Position numbers and translations under genes: made by a program. The notes below the pieces were generated by a model that saw only the letters and a list, made by a program, of their open reading frames with translations, was not told the origin of the DNA and ran no database searches. From positions 1,834 through 65,833 of the IMG/VR virus record IMGVR_UViG_3300025732_000037: a DNA stretch of 64,000 nucleotides; one strand, written 5' to 3'. Origin of the DNA: a virus. Lineage: Duplodnaviria; Caudoviricetes. This document shows, in pieces, positions 41,616 through 50,096 of the stretch. Positions within the stretch are counted from its first letter, which is position 1, and every line of letters starts with the position of its first letter.

Positions 41616-41867
41616 TTAGAAGTCGTCGAACACATCGCTATTCAGTTGGATCGCATTTACAGCAGGATCATCAAACCTTACACCGTCAAGAGTTTGTGTC
41701 ATAAAATCACGGATAGATTCAACGAAGTCTTGATACGAACCGCACTCACGAGCGATATCATAAAGACCCTCATCATTGAGGATCCAGAGTGCAACATTCC
41801 AGGTCTCATAATTCTCCCAACCGTTATAGGAAACGTCAAGAGCATTGCGTTGGAAAGTGGTAGTCAT
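41616..41867 (-). CDS. Phage hypothetical protein (YNGWxNYETW family)
   Basis: YNGWENYETWNVALW motif. Confidence 0.7.
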   Translation of the reverse strand: MTTTFQRNALDVSYNGWENYETWNVALWILNDEGLYDIARECGSYQDFVESIRDFMTQTLDGVRFDDPAVNAIQLNSDVFDDF

Positions 41868-41898
41868 TTGGAGAAGAATTTAAGTAGGTTGGTCTTAT

Positions 41899-41933
41899 AC
41901 TACTAGGACACTTTAGAGATGAGTAACTTTAAT
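41899..41933 (-). repeat. 35-bp cassette-boundary element, copy 1 (type A)
   Basis: Plus-strand text actactaggacactttagagatgagtaactttaat. Confidence 0.9.
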
Positions 41934-41947
41934 CACTCACACATCGA

Positions 41948-42136
41948 TCAGACTTGGGTAACGAAGTTGGTACCACTGGAGCGATTTGTGCGGCAACGAT
42001 TTCCCTTCGTTTGTGTCATCACCAGATCAGACTTACGGGGTTTCGCAGATGCTAACCGTGTGACCTTAACCTTACCCTGAACCTCAGCAATCATCAGATC
42101 CAGAGTAGACATTGAAGCGAACTCAGTGAGTGTCAT
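41948..42136 (-). CDS. Hypothetical protein
   Basis: 62-aa ORF ending just before repeat copy 1. Confidence 0.55.
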   Translation of the reverse strand: MTLTEFASMSTLDLMIAEVQGKVKVTRLASAKPRKSDLVMTQTKGNRCRTNRSSGTNFVTQV

Positions 42137-42170
42137 TTTGAGAAGGATTGAAGGGAGTTTGTGTTACTTA

Positions 42171-42419
42171 TCAGTCGCGGGGAGATGTAGACCAAGGAGC
42201 ATAAAATCCTTCAATCTCACCAAACGTTTGCTCCAGATACTTCTCTTCATTTGAGAGAGTTTTGGTCACAAATTCGTCGTTCAAATAGTATTGAAACTCA
42301 GTGTACCATGACTTGATACGATTACCCTGAGCGTCCCACGATTGACGCCACAGAGTGTTAGGAAAGCACTGATAGACGTTACCAGTGAAGGGGGAAGTGT
42401 AGGAGGAGGTGTTTCTCAT
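42171..42419 (-). CDS. Hypothetical protein
   Basis: 82-aa ORF whose ATG directly follows repeat copy 2. Confidence 0.65.
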   Translation of the reverse strand: MRNTSSYTSPFTGNVYQCFPNTLWRQSWDAQGNRIKSWYTEFQYYLNDEFVTKTLSNEEKYLEQTFGEIEGFYAPWSTSPRD

Positions 42420-42454
42420 ACTACTAGGACACTTTCAAGGTGAGTAACGTTAAT
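42420..42454 (-). repeat. 35-bp element, copy 2 (type A)
   Basis: actactaggacactttcaaggtgagtaacgttaat. Confidence 0.9.
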
Positions 42455-42469
42455 TGTCGAACACTAGTG

Positions 42470-42883
42470 CTACTCTACTGTCTGCAGACGTTCTATAAAC
42501 TCATCCAGATAGTCTGTCGGATCGTGACCTAACTCTGCGATACGATTTAACTCATTTAAGATAGCACTCATTTGCTTCACATAAGGTACGCGCATTCTCT
42601 CTGTCGTACCCAGAAAAGTGTAATTCTTCGGTCTCCCGCCAGCACAATTCTTGGGACGAAACCTAGCATCTTTCCTACTCTTTTCGATGTGGCATTTGTT
42701 ACATAAAAGTTGGCACTTTGATAACTCTTCCTCCAAAACTTCCTTGGGTTTGTGATACCCTGCGGAAATGTTGAATGACTTTGTGGAGGGGTCAATATGG
42801 TCGAACTCTAATGTTTCAGTGCAACCGCATTCTACACACTTTCCACCCAGTTTTTCGATGAGGATTTCTCTAAAATAGTTCAT
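42470..42883 (-). CDS. HNH endonuclease
   Basis: CVECG..LEFDHIDP..CQLLCNKCH. Confidence 0.85.
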   Translation of the reverse strand: MNYFREILIEKLGGKCVECGCTETLEFDHIDPSTKSFNISAGYHKPKEVLEEELSKCQLLCNKCHIEKSRKDARFRPKNCAGGRPKNYTFLGTTERMRVPYVKQMSAILNELNRIAELGHDPTDYLDEFIERLQTVE

Positions 42884-42888
42884 AGGTA

Positions 42889-42944
42889 TTTTGTCCTTTA
42901 ATACCTTTTTATTTATAGTGTTTTTGATGTATTAAGGGACAAAA
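42889..42944 (-). promoter_or_regulatory. Leader-sequestering inverted repeat flanking a TATAAATA late promoter
   Basis: TTTTGTCCCTTAATAC..TATAAATA..GTATTAAAGGACAAAA just before the HNH ATG. Confidence 0.75.
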
Positions 42945-42959
42945 CTAAAAGTGCGTTTC

Positions 42960-43133
42960 TTACCACTTAGAGGGACAATCGAGGTCCTCAACGTATGCTT
43001 CACACTTCTCAGATGGCTCAAGTTCGAATAACTTCTCCCAGTCTATTTGGTGTGGATCGAAGTCTGCTAGAACGTTCATTTCCAGAGTGATCCTATAACG
43101 CTGCTTCTGTGCTTGATGATACGCAACCGACAT
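42960..43133 (-). CDS. 57-aa hypothetical protein
   Basis: Hand translation MSVAYHQAQKQRYRITLEM...; AAAGGAG SD and its own promoter. Confidence 0.65.
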   Translation of the reverse strand: MSVAYHQAQKQRYRITLEMNVLADFDPHQIDWEKLFELEPSEKCEAYVEDLDCPSKW

Positions 43134-43160
43134 AAGTACGCTCCTTTGAGTTATGGAATC

Positions 43161-43189
43161 ATTCTATAATGTCTTGGAGTAGGTGTCAA
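43161..43189 (-). promoter_or_regulatory. Sigma70-type promoter
   Basis: TTGACA-17-TAGAAT. Confidence 0.7.
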
Positions 43190-43262
43190 GTACCTGGGGA
43201 GTATTTATGTGGGTTCCGGGGGACTCTGGGAGGGTCTTGTGAGGATTTTGTGACCTTGGGGG

Positions 43263-43291
43263 TTGACGGATTGCGTTCCTTATGTTATGCT
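43263..43291 (+). promoter_or_regulatory. Divergent sigma70-type promoter
   Basis: TTGACG-17-TATGCT, upstream of the plus-strand GIY-YIG gene. Confidence 0.6.
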
Positions 43292-43452
43292 GTCTTAGAT
43301 GACTACAAGATCACACATTTATTAAAGATACCACGATCAATATAACAATCTCATACACCTTTTATTTTACATTATTTTTTCCATCAGTTAGTATAGCAAA
43401 CCATCATCAAAAAGGTGCTATTTATACATATTATTAGAACGTCTTATCAGTA

Positions 43453-44205
43453 ATGAACCAAGGAATAATCTATGCCATTTTCAATAAAGAAACTGGCAAA
43501 TATTACATAGGTCAAACTATACACGAACTGAACAAAAAGTGGAAGGAACATCTATATGAAGCGCGGAGAATGAATGATGCTCCACTATACAGATCTCTAC
43601 GCAAATATGGAGAAGATAAGTTTAAGATTAGGGTGATAGAAGAGTGCTCTGCGGATATACTTGACGACAGAGAAACTTACTGGATAAATGAATACAACTC
43701 TTACATCAATGGATATAATCAAACTTCAGGATCTGGCGGTCAGTATAGAGTAAGCATTACAATGAGTGGGGTTGAGAAGACACCAGAACACATTGAAAAT
43801 ATAAGAAAATCAATAAAAAGAAACGGCGTTGGTTTTAAGATAAGAGGTGACGGTAAGCATAGTTGTGTCAAAGTAAAAACGATAAATGTTGATACTCTGG
43901 AAGAAAAGTTTTACGATAGTTTAACTGAATGTGCGAAAGCATTAAATATCACAAATGGAAACCTTTGTCGTTATATCAAACACGGATGGAAAGTTAAAGG
44001 TCACAGAATAATCAAGTTAGAGAATAAAAAGAAAAGTCACGCAATCTATGGCGTAGATAAGATTACAAATCAAGTCAAATATACGTTCTCAAGTGTAAGA
44101 GAAGCAGGGAGAGTTTTAGGAACTGGTGGAGCAAGTGGATGTGATAAATCACTCAAACATCCACACAAATACACTTGGAAAGGTTGTTATTGGTTCTATC
44201 AATAA
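43453..44205 (+). CDS. GIY-YIG homing endonuclease with C-terminal NUMOD1-like HTH repeats
   Basis: GIIYAI..YYIGQT, E..WI..YNS..NGYN; YDSLTECAKAL and FSSVREAGRVL repeats. Confidence 0.88.
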   Translation: MNQGIIYAIFNKETGKYYIGQTIHELNKKWKEHLYEARRMNDAPLYRSLRKYGEDKFKIRVIEECSADILDDRETYWINEYNSYINGYNQTSGSGGQYRVSITMSGVEKTPEHIENIRKSIKRNGVGFKIRGDGKHSCVKVKTINVDTLEEKFYDSLTECAKALNITNGNLCRYIKHGWKVKGHRIIKLENKKKSHAIYGVDKITNQVKYTFSSVREAGRVLGTGGASGCDKSLKHPHKYTWKGCYWFYQ

Positions 44206-44209
44206 ACAT

Positions 44210-44239
44210 AAAAAAAGAGCGCGGTTACCAATCGCGCTC
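44210..44239 (-). terminator. Rho-independent terminator
   Basis: GAGCGCGATTGGTAACCGCGCTC followed by T7 on the minus strand. Confidence 0.75.
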
Positions 44240-44453
44240 GTGTTCACCCAACCACCTTTTTATTGGAATTATCTATACTCTACGGAAGTCACTTTTGATT
44301 GTAGATGAGGCAAACTCCCTTCCTCTTTGTATGAAATTAGTTAAACCAGTATGCTAAATCTGCGAGTTCTGATGCAATCTCTTCTAGATTATCTTCGGTG
44401 AGTTTGCTGATGAGTTGTTGTTTGAGATTAGCGTCCATGATTATCATTTAAGT

Positions 44454-44765
44454 TCAGTTGAGTTTGATACCATTGTTGAAAGGAACATCACCGTTGGATG
44501 TTGATACAAACCACTGAAAGTTCTTTTGATAAACAGACTCACCAGTTCCGTGCTCTGAGAGAATAGCATTAAGACGCGATTTGGTGGTATTTGATTTTAC
44601 TCCACCATCAAAGATTTCCAACCAAGTATCACCTACCATTGCAATCAGATTGCTATACAGATAGACGAAACTTACACCTTCAATGTTAATGACTTGAGTG
44701 TTTGCGGATTTCCAATCAGTTTCGGTGCTGATTGCGCGGTTCATTTGTGCTTCGATCTTACGCAT
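44454..44765 (-). CDS. Phage hypothetical protein
   Basis: 103 aa, TTKSRLNAIL motif. Confidence 0.7.
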   Translation of the reverse strand: MRKIEAQMNRAISTETDWKSANTQVINIEGVSFVYLYSNLIAMVGDTWLEIFDGGVKSNTTKSRLNAILSEHGTGESVYQKNFQWFVSTSNGDVPFNNGIKLN

Positions 44766-44788
44766 TGTGGTTTGGGGTAAGTGGTGAT

Positions 44789-44823
44789 ACTACTAGGACA
44801 CTTTGAAGGTGAGTAACTTTAAT
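44789..44823 (-). repeat. 35-bp element, copy 3 (type A)
   Basis: actactaggacactttgaaggtgagtaactttaat. Confidence 0.9.
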
Positions 44824-44831
44824 CAGGCAGG

Positions 44832-45035
44832 TCAGAGATTGGATTCCATGATCACATCACGAACTTCCATCTTGAAGTAATCATAACCCAGCTTCTCCAG
44901 CAGATAGATCGTGTAAGCATCTGCAGTGGATTTACAATCAAACAGTTTCAGGGAGTTGAAGTCTTCACCTTCATACTTATATCCACCAATTACAGCATAG
45001 ACTTTCATATTGATTTGATCGGGAGTGAGAGTCAT
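44832..45035 (-). CDS. Hypothetical protein
   Basis: 67-aa ORF. Confidence 0.6.
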   Translation of the reverse strand: MTLTPDQINMKVYAVIGGYKYEGEDFNSLKLFDCKSTADAYTIYLLEKLGYDYFKMEVRDVIMESNL

Positions 45036-45041
45036 TTCAGT

Positions 45042-45302
45042 TCAGAAATTAAGTGATTTAATGTTGAGAAAAACCATCTGAAGAGGTTCACCGTTCACAT
45101 GAAAGAACACATAGTTAGGGTGAACTTCAATGTCACCATCTACAGTGGAGAGGTCAACATAATCATGCCCATCATTGTCTGAAATGTAGGGATTGTCGTC
45201 TGTATCATACCCTACAAAATAGAGGATATCATTGACACTTACAGCATAGGAATCTGCCAGAAGATTGTGAAATTGATTGAGAGTGATAGTAGTGTGAGTC
45301 AT
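45042..45302 (-). CDS. Hypothetical protein
   Basis: 86-aa ORF. Confidence 0.6.
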   Translation of the reverse strand: MTHTTITLNQFHNLLADSYAVSVNDILYFVGYDTDDNPYISDNDGHDYVDLSTVDGDIEVHPNYVFFHVNGEPLQMVFLNIKSLNF

Positions 45303-45326
45303 TTGTGTTACAGTTTGTGAGGGAAA

Positions 45327-45614
45327 TCAGATACGAAATGCACCGAGAGAGTTAAACTTAGTCCAGATGTTTTTCTCTGCGATACGCTTACCGTCAATCT
45401 GGAAAGTATAACGGAGTTGTCCTTTTACAGTCTTGGAAACTTTACACGTGAGGCAAATCTCACCGTCACGCTTACCATTCCAATCATACTTTGGAAAGTA
45501 GTGATTACAAACTCCATCGAAACGGCAATCAACAACACTGTTACGTTGTTGATAGTTTTCAAGTGCAAGTTGCTCAGTGAGAGCAATGCTGTCGAAGAGG
45601 TCGTGTGTGTTCAT
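45327..45614 (-). CDS. Hypothetical protein
   Basis: 95-aa ORF whose ATG abuts repeat copy 4. Confidence 0.65.
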   Translation of the reverse strand: MNTHDLFDSIALTEQLALENYQQRNSVVDCRFDGVCNHYFPKYDWNGKRDGEICLTCKVSKTVKGQLRYTFQIDGKRIAEKNIWTKFNSLGAFRI

Positions 45615-45649
45615 ACTACTAGAACACTTTGAAGGTGAGTAACTTTAAT
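45615..45649 (-). repeat. 35-bp element, copy 4 (type A)
   Basis: actactagaacactttgaaggtgagtaactttaat; forms the entire intergenic space. Confidence 0.9.
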
Positions 45650-46062
45650 CAGTAGTAAGTTCGAAACACATAACCATTCACAAATGTGAAATCATAGCGT
45701 AGATTTTGCTCAAAAGTTTCTTGCCAATCAATCACAACAAATGAAGGAATATCGTACTGTTCAGATGTATATTCCTCTGCAAACTCTGCTTCTGAACGAT
45801 ACTCTCCAACGTATGCGTTCTCTGCGTTCTCTACATCAGAAAGACCAAACTCTTCAACGAACGCATCAACAACATCATAACCAAGATTCTCACCTTGCGT
45901 CACATATTCTTCGTAATAGTTAAGAAAATCCTCTTCAGAGTTTGCATCAATGAACTCTAGAATATCCTCCAGAGCATAGTTATCCTCCACGAACTCATCA
46001 ATCTTATTGACAATTTCTTCGTTGAAGATTTCTTTATAGTTGTTAGTGAGAGTGACAGGCAT
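45649..46062 (-). CDS. ArdA-like acidic antirestriction (DNA-mimic) protein
   Basis: Very D/E-rich; YVGEYRSEAEFAEE..IDWQ..D.TFVNGYVFR resembles the ArdA C-terminus. Confidence 0.65.
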   Translation of the reverse strand: MPVTLTNNYKEIFNEEIVNKIDEFVEDNYALEDILEFIDANSEEDFLNYYEEYVTQGENLGYDVVDAFVEEFGLSDVENAENAYVGEYRSEAEFAEEYTSEQYDIPSFVVIDWQETFEQNLRYDFTFVNGYVFRTYY

Positions 46063-46111
46063 TTGTGTTAAGAATTGTGGTTTGAGTTTGTGACTTTAAT
46101 ATCTTGGAAAA

Positions 46112-46294
46112 TCACATTCCGTTGATAAAGTCAGCGAGTGCTTTTTTGTATTCAGTTTCGGTAGCAAATGTGCGACCGTGAATGGTACGCGGATAGGTTA
46201 CGTTTGTTTCACCAACTGCAGCAACATTGCGGCAGTCTTGCTCATCGTAACCCATTTCAATGAGGTTTTGAACGTAGGGATTGTAATGTGTCAT
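46112..46294 (-). CDS. Hypothetical protein
   Basis: 60-aa ORF whose ATG abuts repeat copy 5. Confidence 0.65.
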   Translation of the reverse strand: MTHYNPYVQNLIEMGYDEQDCRNVAAVGETNVTYPRTIHGRTFATETEYKKALADFINGM

Positions 46295-46329
46295 ACTACT
46301 AGGACACTTTGAAGGTGAGTAACTTTAAT
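46295..46329 (-). repeat. 35-bp element, copy 5 (type A)
   Basis: actactaggacactttgaaggtgagtaactttaat. Confidence 0.9.
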
Positions 46330-46353
46330 TCATTGAAACTTTCTCTCTTAAAC

Positions 46354-46533
46354 TTACATCAATGCCTCTTCTTCATCTATATTTTTCTTGAGGAAAATGA
46401 TACGTTTTCTATCTTTTGGAACAGGACAACTCCTGTTCTGTTTGCAATATGCTCTCCTACCTTCTCCCTTTCCAATGTAATAGGGAGTTCCATCTTCACG
46501 CAGATATGCGTAAGTGTAAAACTTGTTATTCAT
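46354..46533 (-). pseudogene. Truncated GIY-YIG endonuclease (59 aa)
   Basis: [29 protein letters not shown]...EEEALM*, paralogous to the N-terminus of 60315-60998. Confidence 0.85.
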
Positions 46534-46630
46534 TCTACTTTATGTGCCGCATCAGTATTTATGCAAGAAAGGGGGCATTTCTGCCCCCAATCTCTTTGCT
46601 TAGTTGCGACACATAAGCACTATTATTTAT
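46534..46630 (-). ncRNA. Putative antisense-loop RNA cassette A
   Basis: ATAAATA; stem TGCTTA/TAAGCA carrying CTTATGTGTCGCA; hairpin GGGGGCAGAAATGCCCCC+TTTCTT; CATAAATA; leader TGCGGCACATAAAG. Confidence 0.7.
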
Positions 46631-46795
46631 TCAATCAACCTCAACCCATTCTTCTCCATTATACACAACATCTGTACCAAAAACATCTGTGAACTCCAGC
46701 AAATAGTAATCTACAGATACACCTTTGATTGCAGCATCTTGAAGAGTTTGGTGATACTGTTCAGAGGTGAGAATGAAGAAATCAGTTTCAATCAT
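46631..46795 (-). CDS. 54-aa hypothetical protein
   Basis: Hand translation MIETDFFILTSEQY..SVDYYLLEF. Confidence 0.5.
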   Translation of the reverse strand: MIETDFFILTSEQYHQTLQDAAIKGVSVDYYLLEFTDVFGTDVVYNGEEWVEVD

Positions 46796-47068
46796 TGAGG
46801 TGAAATAATATCAGCAGCAGTGTGCAATGTGTTGGATGTTACGTTGCGAACTGCTGGTGAAAGTAGAAACGCAACGGTGAAAATCAGGAGAATTGTTTTC
46901 ACTTTACACGGTGATTTGAGTGTTAAACTTCTGCGGATCATTTGCAGAAATTAGGATCAATGTTACAGAATTGTTCTGCGCGTTGTTCTTGATACTCATT
47001 CACGGTTGCGATAGCATTAGCACCGAACTGAATACCAACGAAAAGTGTAGCGAAGAGAAGAACAATTC

Positions 47069-47275
47069 TCATTTCAGAATGTAACGATAATCAATGGATT
47101 TGATGCACCAACCTGTTGCACAGGTAATCTCTTCAACTAGATCATCCTCATCATCTGCTTCCCAGATTTGACCAATGGTTTCATCAATGATTTGTTCTTG
47201 TTTGGATGGTTGAAGTTCATACTCACCATCATCAGTGGTGAAATCAAACTTGATTTCAGTAACTTGGAACAGCAT
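47069..47275 (-). CDS. Hypothetical acidic protein
   Basis: 68 aa, ADDEDDLVEEITCATGWCIKSIDY. Confidence 0.65.
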   Translation of the reverse strand: MLFQVTEIKFDFTTDDGEYELQPSKQEQIIDETIGQIWEADDEDDLVEEITCATGWCIKSIDYRYILK

Positions 47276-47277
47276 AA

Positions 47278-47448
47278 TCAGTCAACGATAGAGTAGTTTG
47301 CAACCCAGGAAGGAATACCGCTCAGTGATAAAGAACTGTTGCGGGCATCGCAATAATCTTGGGCATCATCTTCAGAGTAAAAAGGTCCAATGTATTCTGG
47401 AGAATCAAGAGATTCAGACCAGAAACGAACGGTGAAAGTGTTAGTCAT
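47278..47448 (-). CDS. 56-aa hypothetical protein
   Basis: MTNTFTVRFW..YIGPFYSEDDAQ; ATG abuts repeat copy 6. Confidence 0.6.
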   Translation of the reverse strand: MTNTFTVRFWSESLDSPEYIGPFYSEDDAQDYCDARNSSLSLSGIPSWVANYSIVD

Positions 47449-47483
47449 ACTACTAGAACACTTTGGAGGTGAGTAACTTTAAT
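47449..47483 (-). repeat. 35-bp element, copy 6 (type A)
   Basis: actactagaacactttggaggtgagtaactttaat. Confidence 0.9.
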
Positions 47484-48069
47484 TAGTTGAACTTTGCGTT
47501 CACTCCAACTACCTTACAAGTTGGGTTCCTTACGAGTGCAGTTTCACGCGCATCTTTGGGTGAGTTAGCATACACTTCCTCAGTGAAGACTTTGCCGCCT
47601 TGATAGAGTTTAACTTCGAATTTCATACAGAAGGAATAACAGAGATTTCTTTAATGTTGAGACCGCAGAGTTGATTATAGACGCGATTGAGTATCAGTTT
47701 GTCCGCAGTCTTTGCATCGGATTTCTCATACCAAACGGTCACACATCCATCGTTAGTTTCAACCATCACGCGATAGTTTTTCATCAGTCAAGACACACAA
47801 AGTTGTAATCAATAATGTCTTCACCTTCATCAAGATTTAGACATTCAGCAATAGCATCAGGGATAAACTTGCGAGGATGACTATTCTCATCAATCACAAT
47901 CTCAAGTTTAACAACCCAAGTTTTGGTAGTCATAATCAATAAGTTTCTTTCTGGTTTTGTCGGCGTTGAGAGTCTTCATCCTCCTTAAATGGTTTATACT
48001 CAGGATGAGCATTTTCCCATTTAATCAGTTCATCAATCCAGGAAGAGTTGGAGTTGGTTTTTTTCATAA

Positions 48070-48309
48070 TCAGGCAGGAAGTGTGCAGAAAGTTCCACAC
48101 CAACCGCGAACCCATTGTAGAGTTTCAGCGTAGGAAGTGCGAGGGTTGGACATCTCCATCGTCTTACCATTGCGGGGATTGTGTGCAACGGCGACGTAGG
48201 AATAACCTTTGTACTCATCACCAGACTGCTCAATCCACATCTGGTTGACTTTGCCTTCCTTCCAATCGGTGTGGTAGGAGTAGATTTCGGAAACGATTGT
48301 TTTGCTCAT
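48070..48309 (-). CDS. Hypothetical protein
   Basis: 79-aa ORF whose ATG abuts repeat copy 7. Confidence 0.65.
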   Translation of the reverse strand: MSKTIVSEIYSYHTDWKEGKVNQMWIEQSGDEYKGYSYVAVAHNPRNGKTMEMSNPRTSYAETLQWVRGWCGTFCTLPA

Positions 48310-48344
48310 ACTACTAGGACACTTTGGAGGTGAGTAACTTTAAT
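48310..48344 (-). repeat. 35-bp element, copy 7 (type A)
   Basis: actactaggacactttggaggtgagtaactttaat. Confidence 0.9.
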
Positions 48345-48350
48345 TGCTTG

Positions 48351-48614
48351 TCACCAAGTTCCTCTTTGGACGTGGATTTTGCGAATCTCCGAATAAATGA
48401 AGCGACGCAGTTTATCATCTGTGCTATTGTCAAAAGCAAAGTACAGACGATTAAGATACTCATCTTGTGTAGCACATTTGATACTCTCTTTGGTGCTCAT
48501 TCCAATGTCGTTGAGTGTAGAACCTACAGAAACTTTGTTGCGGCCGAAGTTGCCCGAAACCCTACCTTGTGTGCGAAGTTTAGGTTTAATCTTAGAGAGA
48601 TTTGAGTAGGTCAT
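48351..48614 (-). CDS. Hypothetical protein
   Basis: 87-aa ORF. Confidence 0.6.
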   Translation of the reverse strand: MTYSNLSKIKPKLRTQGRVSGNFGRNKVSVGSTLNDIGMSTKESIKCATQDEYLNRLYFAFDNSTDDKLRRFIYSEIRKIHVQRGTW

Positions 48615-48760
48615 TCTTCCTCAGTCACAGCATCAAAAAAGAACTCATAAGTTGCAGAACCATTTACACTTTGTTTTGTACTCTTGAACCATTCAACAGG
48701 ACATTCTTTCAACCATTCATTAAAATCTATGTGTTGACTTGTGAGATTTGGTACAGTCAT
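48611..48760 (-). CDS. Hypothetical protein
   Basis: MTVPNL..FNEWLKECPVEW; ATGA overlap with the next gene. Confidence 0.55.
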   Translation of the reverse strand: MTVPNLTSQHIDFNEWLKECPVEWFKSTKQSVNGSATYEFFFDAVTEEE

Positions 48761-48761
48761 T

Positions 48762-48959
48762 TCATTTGGTAGAGAGATTGTTGATAATACGACGGGCAAA
48801 CTTCATAAAATCATAGGAAGTTACACCGTCATTATCATAACCATCCAGCATATCTGTTTGGTTGTAAGTATTCACAATCAGCAAACAAGCATCATAAAGT
48901 GCTGCCTGATGTTCCTCTTCAGAGTGAAAAGAAATTGCGTTGTAGTTAGGAAGGGTCAT
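48762..48959 (-). CDS. Hypothetical protein
   Basis: 65-aa ORF. Confidence 0.6.
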   Translation of the reverse strand: MTLPNYNAISFHSEEEHQAALYDACLLIVNTYNQTDMLDGYDNDGVTSYDFMKFARRIINNLSTK

Positions 48960-49075
48960 TTCAGTTTCAGTTTGAGTGATTGAAGAGATTGCTTGCGGGA
49001 TTTGATTTTACCCTTACACATACCCTTGGTTCGTTTACACTTACCAGAGTTGTGTTTCCAGTTTGGAGTGTTCAT
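48956..49075 (-). CDS. 39-aa basic protein
   Basis: MNTPNWKHNSGKCKRTKG...; ATG abuts repeat copy 8; ATGA overlap downstream. Confidence 0.55.
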   Translation of the reverse strand: MNTPNWKHNSGKCKRTKGMCKGKIKSRKQSLQSLKLKLK

Positions 49076-49110
49076 ACTATAGGGACACTTTCAGCGTCCC
49101 CCCTTTCAAT
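49076..49110 (-). repeat. 35-bp element, copy 8 (type B, hairpin-forming variant)
   Basis: Coding strand ATTGAAAGGGGGGACGCTGAAAGTGTCCCTATAGT. Confidence 0.8.
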
Positions 49111-49568
49111 CAACGAGCGTACAAATAACCACCAGACCAGTCAGCATTTGCCAGCAACCATTCACGATCTTTAATCAATCGCAGGTCATAACGAACACCT
49201 TTCGCAGGTGCTTTCCATGATGCAGACTTATACACTTCACCAGTCTTTTTGTCAATGAAGCAATGCACACTCCGCGATCCATTAGCGTTCATAATAACTT
49301 TGTGATACTTTCTACCAGTCTCAGGGTAGAACTCATAATCACAAATACCCTTGCGAAGTTTATCAATGCAAGCGATGTGATAGTGAGCATTATCACCTTT
49401 CTCAACAGAATGTTTGTGAGAACGGATAGAATAATCAATAAAGTTCTGTCGAAGTGCCTCACACAGAGCGTAAGTGTGACCCAGAACTGCAGTTGCAATA
49501 TCTTGCCGTGCTTCAGCAGCGGCAGAGTATTCAACGAAGGTAGTTGTAGTCATTTCAGTTGTGCTCAT
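49110..49568 (-). CDS. Phage hypothetical protein
   Basis: 152 aa, SVHCFIDKKTGEVYKSASWKAPAKGVRY; exactly bounded by repeats 8 and 9. Confidence 0.75.
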   Translation of the reverse strand: MSTTEMTTTTFVEYSAAAEARQDIATAVLGHTYALCEALRQNFIDYSIRSHKHSVEKGDNAHYHIACIDKLRKGICDYEFYPETGRKYHKVIMNANGSRSVHCFIDKKTGEVYKSASWKAPAKGVRYDLRLIKDREWLLANADWSGGYLYAR

Positions 49569-49603
49569 ACTACTAGGACACTTTGGAGGTGAGTAACTTT
49601 AAT
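49569..49603 (-). repeat. 35-bp element, copy 9 (type A)
   Basis: actactaggacactttggaggtgagtaactttaat. Confidence 0.9.
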
Positions 49604-49621
49604 TCACCAAGTTTTGGCAAG

Positions 49622-49715
49622 ATAAATACTTTGCCTGGTTTGTGTGGTAACTTCTCAGGTAGGGGAGATTTTAGGATTTCCCCTCATAAATAATAAAACC
49701 ACACAAACAGAGCAG
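49622..49715 (+). ncRNA. Putative antisense-loop RNA cassette B
   Basis: ATAAATA; stem GCCTG/CAGGT with loop GTTTGTGTGGT; hairpin AGGGGAGAT/ATTTCCCCT; CATAAATA; leader ACCACACAAAC. Confidence 0.7.
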
Positions 49716-50096
49716 ATGAAAGAACATCCTACCCATAAGGGTTACTTTATCACGAAAGATGGTAAGATTTTTAGTGCCTGGCAAAGAAAAGCAAATCCAG
49801 GATTTGGTAATAGTTTTTACTATGTAATAGATACAAATAAGATGAGAGAACTGAAATCTTGGGACAATAAAAAGGGGTACTTAATCCTTAACTTAAAAGG
49901 TTCTAAAAAGAACTGGAAAGTCCATAGATTAGTTGCAGAAACTTATTTGCCTAATCCATATAATCTACCACAAATCAATCATAAAAATAAAAATACAAAA
50001 GATAATAGTATTTCCAATCTAGAATGGTGTACGGCATCATATAACGCAATACATAGAGATTACTTTTCTATACTTTCTGAAAGCGTCCAGAGTTAA
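49716..50096 (+). CDS. HNH homing endonuclease (NUMOD4/HNH_3-type)
   Basis: Y.ITKDGKI, VHRLVAETYL, INHKNKNTKDNSISNLEW; likely start MKEHP. Confidence 0.88.
   Translation: MKEHPTHKGYFITKDGKIFSAWQRKANPGFGNSFYYVIDTNKMRELKSWDNKKGYLILNLKGSKKNWKVHRLVAETYLPNPYNLPQINHKNKNTKDNSISNLEWCTASYNAIHRDYFSILSESVQS

Noticed and set aside
43292-43452. Antisense-loop cassette before the plus-strand GIY-YIG gene
   Set aside because: No stem-loop, second hairpin or leader-complementary segment was found.
46309-46692. Plus-strand ORFs starting in the repeat (MKVSNFN.., also 48324-48605)
   Set aside because: They use TTG starts created by the repeat, run antisense to real genes and show no protein-like motifs.
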